The position numbers and the translations under genes were made by a program. This document shows, in pieces, positions 50,105 through 58,984 of a stretch of 64,000 nt of DNA (within the stretch, counting starts at the first letter, position 1; each line of letters begins with the position of its first letter). Under the pieces are notes generated by a model. It did not search any database. It had not been told where the DNA came from and worked only from the letters and a program-made list of their open reading frames with translations. Where the stretch lies: the NCBI GenBank assembly GCA_965228875.1, contig OZ245843.1, positions 850,616-914,615 on the forward strand. Reading direction: 5' to 3'. The stretch is from Thalassobaculaceae bacterium (GTDB lineage Bacteria > Pseudomonadota > Alphaproteobacteria > Thalassobaculales > Thalassobaculaceae).

Positions 50105-50980
50105 GTGGATTTCCCGCTCACCGACCCGTTCTTCTGGGAGACCGTCATCCAGGGCCTGCTCTTCGGCGGCGTCCTGGCCCTGCTGTCCCTGGGCCTCAAC
50201 ATCATCTTCGGCGTGATCGACGTGGTGTGGATCTGCTACGCCGAGCTGATCATGCTCGGCATGTACACGATCTACTTCCTGTACACAGATTTCGGCGTGC
50301 CGCTGCCGCTGGCGATGGTCGCCGGCATCCTCGTCGTCGCGATACTCGGCGCGATCCTGCACCACTTCATCATCCGCCCGATCCTGCACACGGAGCCGAT
50401 CAACCAGTTGCTGGTCACGGGCGGCGTGCTGTTCTTCCTGCAGGGCTTCGCCACGCTCGCCTTCTCGGTCGAGTTCCGCAACCTCGGCGTCTCCTTCGGC
50501 AGCATCGAGGCCGGCGACATGTACATCCCGACGACCCGGCTGCTGGCCTTCGTGGTCAGTCTGGTCGCCGTCGTGGTGCTCTGGCTGTTCCTGAAGAAGA
50601 CCTATCTCGGCACCGCGATCCGGGCGATCAGCCAGGACCGGGACATCATGCCGCTGATGGGAGTGAGTCCGCGCAAGATCTACCTCGTCACTTCGGCGCT
50701 CGGGGGCGGTCTCGCCGGCCTGGGCGCCTGCCTGCTGGTGCTGCTCTACGACATCCACCCGGCGATCGGTCTGACCTTCGGGCCGATCACCTTCATGGTC
50801 TGCGTGATGGGCGGGCTCGGCAACATGATCGGTGGGTTCATCGCCGCCTTCATCTTCGCCGAGTTCATCGCGCTGGGCGGGTTCTACGCCGAGATCGAAT
50901 GGGGCTACGTCATCGCCTTCGCCTTCTTCATCGTGATGATGTTCATCCGCCCGCAGGGCATTCTCGGATCCAAGAGCTGA
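50105..50980 (+). CDS. Liv-type ABC permease (LivH-like)
   Basis: LGLNIIFGV, GTAIRA.SQD, RPQGILG; GTG start after GGAGG. Confidence 0.9.
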   Translation: MDFPLTDPFFWETVIQGLLFGGVLALLSLGLNIIFGVIDVVWICYAELIMLGMYTIYFLYTDFGVPLPLAMVAGILVVAILGAILHHFIIRPILHTEPINQLLVTGGVLFFLQGFATLAFSVEFRNLGVSFGSIEAGDMYIPTTRLLAFVVSLVAVVVLWLFLKKTYLGTAIRAISQDRDIMPLMGVSPRKIYLVTSALGGGLAGLGACLLVLLYDIHPAIGLTFGPITFMVCVMGGLGNMIGGFIAAFIFAEFIALGGFYAEIEWGYVIAFAFFIVMMFIRPQGILGSKS

Positions 50981-50990
50981 GGGGGCGGCC

Positions 50991-52010
50991 ATGAACGTCG
51001 GAACGATCATCAAGGCCGTCGGTCTCCTCGCCATCCTCTGCTTCCCGATGCTGGGGTTCAGCGACTACATCCTGCACATCGCGATCTCCATCCTGCTCTG
51101 GGGCTTCATCTACACCGGCTGGTCGGTCATGGGCCGGTTCGGGCTGGTGTCGCTCGGCCACGGCGCCTTCATGGGCATCGGCGCCTATGTGGTGACCATG
51201 CTCTGGAACCATGCGGGCATCACCCCGTGGATCGGCATCCCGGTCGCGATCGTGGTCTCCATGGCGGTCGGGTTCATGATCGGGTTCCCGTGTTTCCGGT
51301 TCCGCATCACCGGCCACTACTTCGCCCTGGTGACCCTGGCCCTGTCGGAAGTGGCGCGCCTGCTGATCGTCGCCCTGCGCGATCACACCGGCGGATCGCT
51401 CGGCATCACGCCGGTCAATGTGATCTCGGCCGACAATCCGTCCTCGATCTGGGCGATGCAGTTCTCCGACAAGGAGACCTGGTTCTACATCGTCGTCGCC
51501 GTCTGGGTCCTGGGGCTGCTGGTCTGGCGGGCGGTCGATCGGTCGATGATCCGCTACGCCATGGAGGCGGTGAGCCAGGAGGAGGACGCGGCCGCCTCGC
51601 TTGGCGTCCATGTGACGCGGACGAAGCTGATCGTGACGATGATCTCGGCGGGGATGACCGCGGTCGGCGGCGCGGTCTACGGCCAGTACCAGCTGTACAT
51701 CAACCCGGAGACCACATCGGGCATCGCCATCTCGCTGCAGATCGTGTTCGCGGCGATCGCCGGTGGCATGTTCGTCCAACTCGGCCCGACCGTGGGGGCG
51801 GTCATCACCCTCCTGCTCACCGAAACCCTGCGTCAGACCGTCGGCCACGACGTGCACGGTCTCGACGTGATGATCTACGGCGCGATGCTGGTGCTGTTCA
51901 TCATCTACATGCCGCGTGGCGTGCTCGGCCGGGTGATCGCGGTGTACGAGAGCCGTTTCGCAGGTCAGTCGGGATCGTCCGGGCAACCGAAACCGCAACC
52001 GGGTGAATAG
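50991..52010 (+). CDS. Liv-type ABC permease (LivM-like)
   Basis: SLGHGAF.G.GAY, YFALVTLA, E.AAASLG, MPRG. Confidence 0.9.
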   Translation: MNVGTIIKAVGLLAILCFPMLGFSDYILHIAISILLWGFIYTGWSVMGRFGLVSLGHGAFMGIGAYVVTMLWNHAGITPWIGIPVAIVVSMAVGFMIGFPCFRFRITGHYFALVTLALSEVARLLIVALRDHTGGSLGITPVNVISADNPSSIWAMQFSDKETWFYIVVAVWVLGLLVWRAVDRSMIRYAMEAVSQEEDAAASLGVHVTRTKLIVTMISAGMTAVGGAVYGQYQLYINPETTSGIAISLQIVFAAIAGGMFVQLGPTVGAVITLLLTETLRQTVGHDVHGLDVMIYGAMLVLFIIYMPRGVLGRVIAVYESRFAGQSGSSGQPKPQPGE

Positions 52011-53296
52011 TGGCCGCGCCACCCGAGCATGCCCCCTCGCTCTGGGCGGCGACAGCACCGCCGCCGCCCGAGACCGGTGAACTGACCGAAAGCGTGCGCG
52101 CCGACGTGGTGATCGTCGGCGGCGGCGTCACCGGCCTGTCCACCGCCCTTCACCTCGCCGAACGGGGCGTCTCCGCGGTCGTGCTGGAGGCGGCGCGGAC
52201 CGGCTACGGCGGCTCCGGCCGCAACAGCGGCCACATCATTCCGGCACTGGGGGCCGGCGACCCCGACGCCCTGGTGGCGAGGCTCGGTCCGGACCGGGGC
52301 GAGCGGCTGGTCTCCTTCCTGCGCGACAGCGCCGGTCTCACCTTCGATCTGATCCGGCGCTACGGGATCGACTGCGACGCCGTGCAGACCGGCTGGGCCA
52401 TGCCGGCGCACCGACCGTCGCGGCTGAGGGACCTGGAACGGCGCCACGACGAGTGGAGCCGGCGCCAGGCCCGGGTATCGCTCCTCGACGCCGCGGAGAC
52501 CGAAAGCCTGCTCGGCAGCCGGGCCTATTCCGGCGCCCTCCTGATGCATACCGGCGGTCACGTGAACCCGCTGGCGCTGGCCCGCGGACTGGCGAAGGCG
52601 GCGATCGGGCAGGGCGCCAGAGTGTTCACCGGGTCCCCGGCGCTGTCGGTCTCGCGCACGGCCGAGGGATGGCGCGTCGCGACGCCGGCGGGGGCGGTGA
52701 CGGCTGAGAGGTTGGTGGTGGCGACCAACGCCTATACCGGCGCACTAATCCCCGTCCTTGCCCGGACGCTGGTCCGCATCATCAACTATCAGGTCTCGAC
52801 CCACCCCATGCCGGACGACGTGGCGGCGCGCGTGCTTCCGAGCGATGTCGCCGCCTCCGACACGCGCCGCGACCTCTACCCGTTCCGCAAGGACCGCTGG
52901 AACCGCCTCGTCACCGGCGCGACCCTGGCCCTGCCGCTCAACATGGACGCCCGTATCCGTCCCTGGATCGCCGAGCGGATCGGCAACGTGTTCCCGCAGA
53001 TCGAGGACCGCCGGTTGGAGTACGTGTGGAACGGCCGTATCGCCATGACGCCGAACCGCCTGCCAAAGGTGCAGGAGATCGGCCCCGGCGCGATCACCTC
53101 GATTGCCTATAACGGCCGCGGCATGGCGATCGGAACGGCCATGGGCCGGGAACTGGCCGACTGGGTGGACGGCAAACCGGCCGACAGTCTCGGCCTGCCG
53201 AAAATGGAGATCGAGCCGATCCCGCTCGCCAGCGCGCTCGGCCGCTGGGCCCAGTCCGCGCTGGTGTGGTACCGGCGGCTCGACGCGCGGGACTGA
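52010..53296 (+). CDS. FAD-dependent oxidoreductase (DAO/PuuB-like)
   Basis: IVGGGVTGLSTA, GSGRNSG, ATNAY, YNGRG.A.GT; GTG start overlaps the permease stop. Confidence 0.87.
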   Translation: MAAPPEHAPSLWAATAPPPPETGELTESVRADVVIVGGGVTGLSTALHLAERGVSAVVLEAARTGYGGSGRNSGHIIPALGAGDPDALVARLGPDRGERLVSFLRDSAGLTFDLIRRYGIDCDAVQTGWAMPAHRPSRLRDLERRHDEWSRRQARVSLLDAAETESLLGSRAYSGALLMHTGGHVNPLALARGLAKAAIGQGARVFTGSPALSVSRTAEGWRVATPAGAVTAERLVVATNAYTGALIPVLARTLVRIINYQVSTHPMPDDVAARVLPSDVAASDTRRDLYPFRKDRWNRLVTGATLALPLNMDARIRPWIAERIGNVFPQIEDRRLEYVWNGRIAMTPNRLPKVQEIGPGAITSIAYNGRGMAIGTAMGRELADWVDGKPADSLGLPKMEIEPIPLASALGRWAQSALVWYRRLDARD

Positions 53297-53449
53297 GCGG
53301 CGCCTGATATCGCGGACACGCGACGGGCGAACCGGGCTCGCGTCGTCGCTTCGGTTGACGTCGATCCGATCTGTGTTGTGATAGGCGCCACGCGCCGCGC
53401 GCGAATGACGGGCGGCCGAAAAGGATTCATTCGAACCGGGAGTTTCACG

Positions 53450-54376
53450 ATGAAGACCAAGACCGCCGCACTTGCGCTGGCGCTCAGCCTGGCTGCCGGC
53501 ACGGCCTATGCGAGCTGCGATACCGTCACGTTCTCCGACGTCGGCTGGACCGATATCACCGCCACGACGGCGGCGACCACGGAGGTGCTGCAGGCGCTCG
53601 GCTACGAGACCGACGTCAAGGTTCTGTCGGTGCCGGTGACCTACACCTCGATGGCGAAGGGCGATGTCGACGTCTTCCTCGGCAACTGGATGCCGACCAT
53701 GGAAGGGGACATCGCGCCGTACCGCGAGGCCAAGACGGTCGACACCGTGCGCGAGAACCTGGAGGGCGCGAAGTACACGCTGGCGACCAATGCGGCCGGC
53801 GCCAAGCTCGGGATCACCAGCTTCGCCGACATCGCCAAGCATGCCGACGCCCTGGAGGAGACGATCTACGGCATCGAGCCGGGCAACGACGGCAACCGGC
53901 TGATCATGGACATGATCGAGAAGGACGCTTTCGGCCTGAAGGGCTTCGAGGTCAAGGAAAGCTCGGAGCAGGGCATGCTGGCCCAGGTCGCCCGCGCCTC
54001 GAAGCGCGACGAACCGGTGGTCTTCCTCGGCTGGGAGCCGCATCCGATGAATGCCAATTTCGACCTGACCTACCTGACGGGCGGCGACGACTATTTCGGC
54101 CCGAACCTCGGCGGCGCGACGGTCTACACCAACACCCGCGCCGGTTATGTCGCGGAGTGCGCCAATGTCGGCAAGCTGCTGTCGAACCTGAAGTTCTCCC
54201 TCGCCATGGAGAACGAGATCATGGGCGCGATCCTGAATGAGGGCACCGATCCGAACGAGGCGGCGGCGGCCTGGATGAAGGCCAACCCGGACATGGTGAT
54301 GGGCTGGCTCGACGGCGTGACGACCAAGGACGGCGGCGACGCCAAGGCCGCGGTCAGCGCCGCGCTCGGGCTCTGA
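53450..54376 (+). CDS. choX: Choline ABC substrate-binding protein
   Basis: FSDVGWTDI, GNWMPT, IYGIEPGNDGN, GWEPHPMN. Confidence 0.92.
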   Translation: MKTKTAALALALSLAAGTAYASCDTVTFSDVGWTDITATTAATTEVLQALGYETDVKVLSVPVTYTSMAKGDVDVFLGNWMPTMEGDIAPYREAKTVDTVRENLEGAKYTLATNAAGAKLGITSFADIAKHADALEETIYGIEPGNDGNRLIMDMIEKDAFGLKGFEVKESSEQGMLAQVARASKRDEPVVFLGWEPHPMNANFDLTYLTGGDDYFGPNLGGATVYTNTRAGYVAECANVGKLLSNLKFSLAMENEIMGAILNEGTDPNEAAAAWMKANPDMVMGWLDGVTTKDGGDAKAAVSAALGL

Positions 54377-54402
54377 GACCGCGACCGGCGGACACATGAC
54401 GG

Positions 54403-54430
54403 GGTGGGAGGGGCGCTGGCCCCTCCCGCC
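54403..54430 (+). terminator. Intra-operon stem-loop after choX
   Basis: GGTGGGAGGGGC-GCTG-GCCCCTCCCGCC. Confidence 0.5.
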
Positions 54431-54457
54431 GGCGCTTCACCAGGGGCGGGGTGAGAG

Positions 54458-55291
54458 ATGGACTGGTTGACCGAGACCAAGATCCCGGTCGGCGATGTCG
54501 CCGGGTCGGCATTCGACTGGCTGCAGGAGAACGGCGGCTGGTTCTTCGACGGGCTGTCGGACGCGATGGAATGGCTGATCGACGCCATCCTGCTGGTCCT
54601 GCAATGGCCGCATCCGCTGGTGATCGTGGCGGTCTTCGCGGGCCTCACCTACGTTCTGCAGCGCAACTGGAAGACCGCCGCGTTCGTCGTGCTCGGCTTC
54701 CTGTTCATCCTCAATCAGGGCTACTGGGAGGAGACGACGGAGTCGCTCACCCTGGTGCTGTCGGCCTGCGTGGTGTGCATGGGGGTCGGGGTGCCGATCG
54801 GCATCGCCGCCGCCCATCGCCCGGCCCTGTTCCGGGTGATGCGTCCGGTCCTCGACCTGATGCAGACCCTGCCGACCTTCGTCTACCTGATCCCGGCCAT
54901 TGTGTTCTTCGGCATCGGCATGGTTCCGGGGCTGATCGCCACGGTGATCTTCGTGGTGCCCGCGCCCATCAGGTTGACCCATCTGGGTGTCTCCTCCACG
55001 CCGCAGCACCTGCTGGAGGCGGCGGAGGCGTTCGGCGCCACGCCGACCCAGAAGCTGCTCAAGGTCGAACTGCCCTATGCCTTCCCGCAGATCATGGCCG
55101 GGCTGAACCAGACCATCATGCTGTCGCTTTCGATGGTCGTGATCGCCGCCCTGGTTGGGGCCGACGGGCTCGGGGTGCCGGTGGTGCGCGCGCTGAATCA
55201 GGTCAACACCTCGCTCGGTTTCGAGAGCGGCTTCATCATCGTGGTCGTCGCCATCATGCTCGACCGCATGCTCCGGGTGACGAAGGAGTGA
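54458..55291 (+). CDS. choW: Choline ABC permease
   Basis: KIPVG, LDLMQTLPTFVYLIP, GLNQTIMLSLSMVVIAA. Confidence 0.92.
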   Translation: MDWLTETKIPVGDVAGSAFDWLQENGGWFFDGLSDAMEWLIDAILLVLQWPHPLVIVAVFAGLTYVLQRNWKTAAFVVLGFLFILNQGYWEETTESLTLVLSACVVCMGVGVPIGIAAAHRPALFRVMRPVLDLMQTLPTFVYLIPAIVFFGIGMVPGLIATVIFVVPAPIRLTHLGVSSTPQHLLEAAEAFGATPTQKLLKVELPYAFPQIMAGLNQTIMLSLSMVVIAALVGADGLGVPVVRALNQVNTSLGFESGFIIVVVAIMLDRMLRVTKE

Positions 55292-55298
55292 CGGGGCA

Positions 55299-56336
55299 AT
55301 GAGCATCGCGGTCGATTTCCAGAGCGTCTCCATCGTCTTCGGTGACAGGCCGGAGGCTGCCCTGCCGATGATGGATGCCGGGCGGTCGCGCGGCGAGATT
55401 CAGGCGGAGACCGGACAAATACTGGGCGTGCACGACTGCTCGCTCAGCGTGGGCGAGGGCGAGATCCTGGTCCTGATGGGGCTTTCGGGCTCGGGCAAGT
55501 CGACGCTTCTGCGGGCGGTGAACGCCCTCAACCCGGTGGCGCGCGGCTGCGTGATGGTGAACGACGGCGCCGGCATGGTGAACATCTCGGCCTGCGACGC
55601 CTCCACCCTGCGACGGATGCGCCAGAGCCGCGTGGCGATGGTGTTCCAGCAGTTCGGCCTTCTGCCCTGGCGCACGGTCCAGGAGAATGTCGGCCTCGGC
55701 CTGGAACTGGCGGGGGTGCCGGCGGGAGAGCGGGCGGAGCGGGTGGCGGAGCAGCTCTCGCTCGTCGGCCTCGGCGACTGGGCGGAGCGTCGGGTCGGGG
55801 AACTGTCCGGCGGCATGCAGCAGCGTGTCGGCCTCGCGCGGGCGTTCGCGACCCAGGCGCCGATCCTGCTGATGGATGAGCCCTTCTCCGCCCTGGACCC
55901 GTTGATCCGCACGCGACTGCAGGACGAGCTTCTGGATCTGCAGAAAAGCCTCAGACGCACGATCATCTTCGTCAGCCACGACCTGGACGAGGCGTTCAAG
56001 CTCGGCGACCGTATCGCCATCATGGAAGGCGGGCGGATCGTCCAGTGCGGTACACCGCAGGAGATCTTCTCGGCGCCGGCCAACGGCTACGTCGCCGACT
56101 TCGTCCAGCACATGAACCCGCTCGGCGTGCTGACCGCCGGCGATGTGATGGTCCCGGTTGCGGGCGAGGTCTCGGAGATCGCCGTGGCCAGCGACGTAGA
56201 GATCGAGAGCGTGATGGAGACCGTCCTTCAGGACCCGAAACCGGTGATCGTCGAGGAGGCGGGGACGCCGGTCGGCATGGTCACCCGGGATTCGCTGCTC
56301 AAACGGCTGGTCGGCCTGGCATCGGGCAAGGGATAG
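55299..56336 (+). CDS. choV: Choline ABC ATPase
   Basis: MGLSGSGKST, LSGGMQQR, DEPFSALDPLIR, HMNPL.VL. Confidence 0.92.
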   Translation: MSIAVDFQSVSIVFGDRPEAALPMMDAGRSRGEIQAETGQILGVHDCSLSVGEGEILVLMGLSGSGKSTLLRAVNALNPVARGCVMVNDGAGMVNISACDASTLRRMRQSRVAMVFQQFGLLPWRTVQENVGLGLELAGVPAGERAERVAEQLSLVGLGDWAERRVGELSGGMQQRVGLARAFATQAPILLMDEPFSALDPLIRTRLQDELLDLQKSLRRTIIFVSHDLDEAFKLGDRIAIMEGGRIVQCGTPQEIFSAPANGYVADFVQHMNPLGVLTAGDVMVPVAGEVSEIAVASDVEIESVMETVLQDPKPVIVEEAGTPVGMVTRDSLLKRLVGLASGKG

Positions 56337-56392
56337 CCCGGCGGCCACGTGCCAGTCCGAGGGGGATCGCGCGAGTGCCGAGGTCGGGGTCG

Positions 56393-57091
56393 CTACGCCA
56401 GCCCCATCAGCCGGTCGATCTCGCCGGAGTCCGGTCCGTCCGGCAGACCGGAGAACACGATCCGTCCCCGGCTCATCACCGAGACCGTATCGGCCAGGGC
56501 CTTGGCGAAGTCCAGATACTGCTCGACCAGCAGGATCGCCATTTCTCCCCGTTTGCGCAGGATCTCGATGGCGCGGCCGATATCCTTGATGATCGATGGC
56601 TGAATGCCCTCCGTCGGTTCGTCCAGGATGAGCAGCGATGGCTTCGTCACCAGGGCGCGCGCGATGGCGAGTTGCTGCTGCTGTCCGCCCGACAGATCGC
56701 CGCCACGGCGGTCGAGCATGGAGTCAAGTACGGGGAACAGCTCGAAGATCTCCTCGGGAATCCGGCGCTCGCTCGCCGGCAGGCAGGCATACCCGGTCTG
56801 CAGGTTCTCCTTCACGGTGAGCAGCGGGAAGATCTCGCGACCCTGGGGCACGTAGGCGATGCCGGAGCGCGCGCGCTCGAAAGAGGGCAGAGGGGTCAGA
56901 TCGCCGTCCTGCCAGGAGAGGACGCCGCCGCTCACCGGGTGGTGTCCGACGATACCGCGCAGCAGGCTGGTCTTCCCCACCCCGTTGCGCCCGAGCACGC
57001 AGGTGACCTTGCCGATCTCCGCCTCGAGGTCGATCCCCCAGAGGATCTGCGCGGCGCCGTAGTGCAGGGTGAGGTCCTGGATCTTCAGCAT
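56393..57091 (-). CDS. urtE: Urea ABC ATPase
   Basis: GRNGVGKT, RRGGDLSGGQQQQLAI, DEPTEGIQPS. Confidence 0.93.
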   Translation of the reverse strand: MLKIQDLTLHYGAAQILWGIDLEAEIGKVTCVLGRNGVGKTSLLRGIVGHHPVSGGVLSWQDGDLTPLPSFERARSGIAYVPQGREIFPLLTVKENLQTGYACLPASERRIPEEIFELFPVLDSMLDRRGGDLSGGQQQQLAIARALVTKPSLLILDEPTEGIQPSIIKDIGRAIEILRKRGEMAILLVEQYLDFAKALADTVSVMSRGRIVFSGLPDGPDSGEIDRLMGLA

Positions 57092-57101
57092 CGCCGTCTC
57101 C

Positions 57102-57854
57102 TCAGCGCCCGAGATACACGTCGATGACGCGGTCGTCCGAACTGACATGGTCGAGCGAGCCTTCGGCCAGCACCGATCCCTCGTGCAGCACCGTGACCAT
57201 GACGCCGAGGTCGCGGACGAAATCCATGTCGTGCTCGACCACGACCACCGAGTGGTCGCGGGCGATCTCCTTCAGCAGCGTGGCGGTCTGCATGGTCTCG
57301 GCATCGGTCATGCCGGCCACCGGTTCGTCCACCAGCAGCAGCGACGGGTCCTGGGCCAGGAGCATGCCGATCTCCAACCACTGTTTCTGGCCGTGGCTGA
57401 GGTCGGCGGCCAGCATCCCGGCGCGGTCCGCCAGGCGGATGGTGTCCAGCACGCGGTCGATCCGATCGGCCTCCGACGCGGTGTCGCGTGCGAACAGGGT
57501 GTCGAACACCTTCCGCTTGCCGGCGAGCGACAGAACGATGTTGTCGCGCACGGTATGGCTCTCGAACACGGTCGGGCGCTGGAACTTGCGGCCGATGCCG
57601 AGCTCGGCGATCGCCGCCTCGTCCAGCTTGGTCAGATCCTGGTTGCCGGAGAACAGGGCGGTGCCGACATCCGGACGGGTCTTGCCCGTGATGACGTCCA
57701 TCATCGTCGTCTTGCCGGCGCCGTTCGGGCCGATGATCGCCCGCATCTCCCCCGGCTCGACGACGAAGGACAGGTCGTTCAGCGCCTTGAATCCGTCGAA
57801 GCTCACGCTGATCCCGTCGAGATAGAGGACGGTGTGGGTCAGTTCCCGGGTCAT
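57102..57854 (-). CDS. urtD: Urea ABC ATPase
   Basis: SFDGFKALN, GPNGAGKTT, LSHGQKQWLEIGM. Confidence 0.93.
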   Translation of the reverse strand: MTRELTHTVLYLDGISVSFDGFKALNDLSFVVEPGEMRAIIGPNGAGKTTMMDVITGKTRPDVGTALFSGNQDLTKLDEAAIAELGIGRKFQRPTVFESHTVRDNIVLSLAGKRKVFDTLFARDTASEADRIDRVLDTIRLADRAGMLAADLSHGQKQWLEIGMLLAQDPSLLLVDEPVAGMTDAETMQTATLLKEIARDHSVVVVEHDMDFVRDLGVMVTVLHEGSVLAEGSLDHVSSDDRVIDVYLGR

Positions 57855-58984
57855 GCCCGTTCCTCCGCCTCGGTTCCGGTCTGCGCGGTCTCCGCCCTCC
57901 TGCGGCGCAGCTGCGAGGCAAGGCCGAGGATGCCCTTGGGCATGAACAGGGTGACGACGACGAACAGGCCGCCCAGCGCGAACAGCCAGACCTCCGGCAG
58001 GGCGCCGGTGAAGTAGCTCTTGGCCAGGTTCACGCCGATGCCGCCGATCACCGCACCGACCAGGGTGCCGCGGCCGCCGACCGCGACCCAGATGACCGCC
58101 TCGATCGAGTTGGCCGGCGCGAACTCGCCCGGATTGATGATGCCGACCTGGGGTACGTACAGCGCACCCGCGACGCCGGCCATCATCGCCGAGACGGTGA
58201 ACACGAACAGCTTGTAGTGCTCGACCCGGTAGCCGATGAAGCGGGTCCGGCTCTCAGCGTCGCGCACCGCGATCAGCACCTTGCCGAGCCGCGACAGCAC
58301 GATCGCCCGGCACAGCAGGAAACCGCCGGCGACGGCGACCACCGACAGCAGGTACAGGGCGATACGGGTACTGTCCGCCTGCAGGTCAAATCCGAGCACG
58401 TCCTTGAAATCGGTCAGCCCGTTGTTGCCGCCGAAGCCCATCTCGTTGCGGAAGAAGGCGAGCATCAGGGCGAAGGTCATCGCCTGGGTGATGATCGACA
58501 GGTACACCCCCGTCACCCGGGAGCGGAAGGCGAGGTAGCCGAACACGAAGGCCAGCGCGCCCGGAACCAGCAGCACCATCGCCATGGCGAACCAGAACTG
58601 GTCGAAGCCATGCCAGAACCAAGGCAACTCCTCCCAGTTCAGGAACACCATGAAGTCCGGCAGGACCGGGTTGCCGTAGACGCCGCGCGGCCCGATCTCG
58701 CGCATCAGATGCATGCCCATGGCATAGCCGCCGAGCGCGAAGAACGCCCCGTGTCCGAGCGACAGAATCCCGCAATAGCCCCACACAAGGTCGATCGACA
58801 GCGCCAGGAGGGCGAAGCACAGGTACTTGCCGAAGACCACCACCGAGGCCGTTGTGACGTGGAACGGCGAGGTCGGATCGATGAACTGGTTGGCGACGGG
58901 AACGTAGACCGCCGCCGCCAGCAGCGCCGCCAGCAGGGCGATGCCGGACGGTCCGGCCAGGGTGAGCAGTCTGCCGGTCATCAT
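57851..58984 (-). CDS. urtC: Urea ABC permease
   Basis: GKYLC, WGYCGILSLGHG, LPDFMVFLNW, GVYLSIITQA; start at 58984. Confidence 0.93.
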   Translation of the reverse strand: MMTGRLLTLAGPSGIALLAALLAAAVYVPVANQFIDPTSPFHVTTASVVVFGKYLCFALLALSIDLVWGYCGILSLGHGAFFALGGYAMGMHLMREIGPRGVYGNPVLPDFMVFLNWEELPWFWHGFDQFWFAMAMVLLVPGALAFVFGYLAFRSRVTGVYLSIITQAMTFALMLAFFRNEMGFGGNNGLTDFKDVLGFDLQADSTRIALYLLSVVAVAGGFLLCRAIVLSRLGKVLIAVRDAESRTRFIGYRVEHYKLFVFTVSAMMAGVAGALYVPQVGIINPGEFAPANSIEAVIWVAVGGRGTLVGAVIGGIGVNLAKSYFTGALPEVWLFALGGLFVVVTLFMPKGILGLASQLRRRRAETAQTGTEAEERA

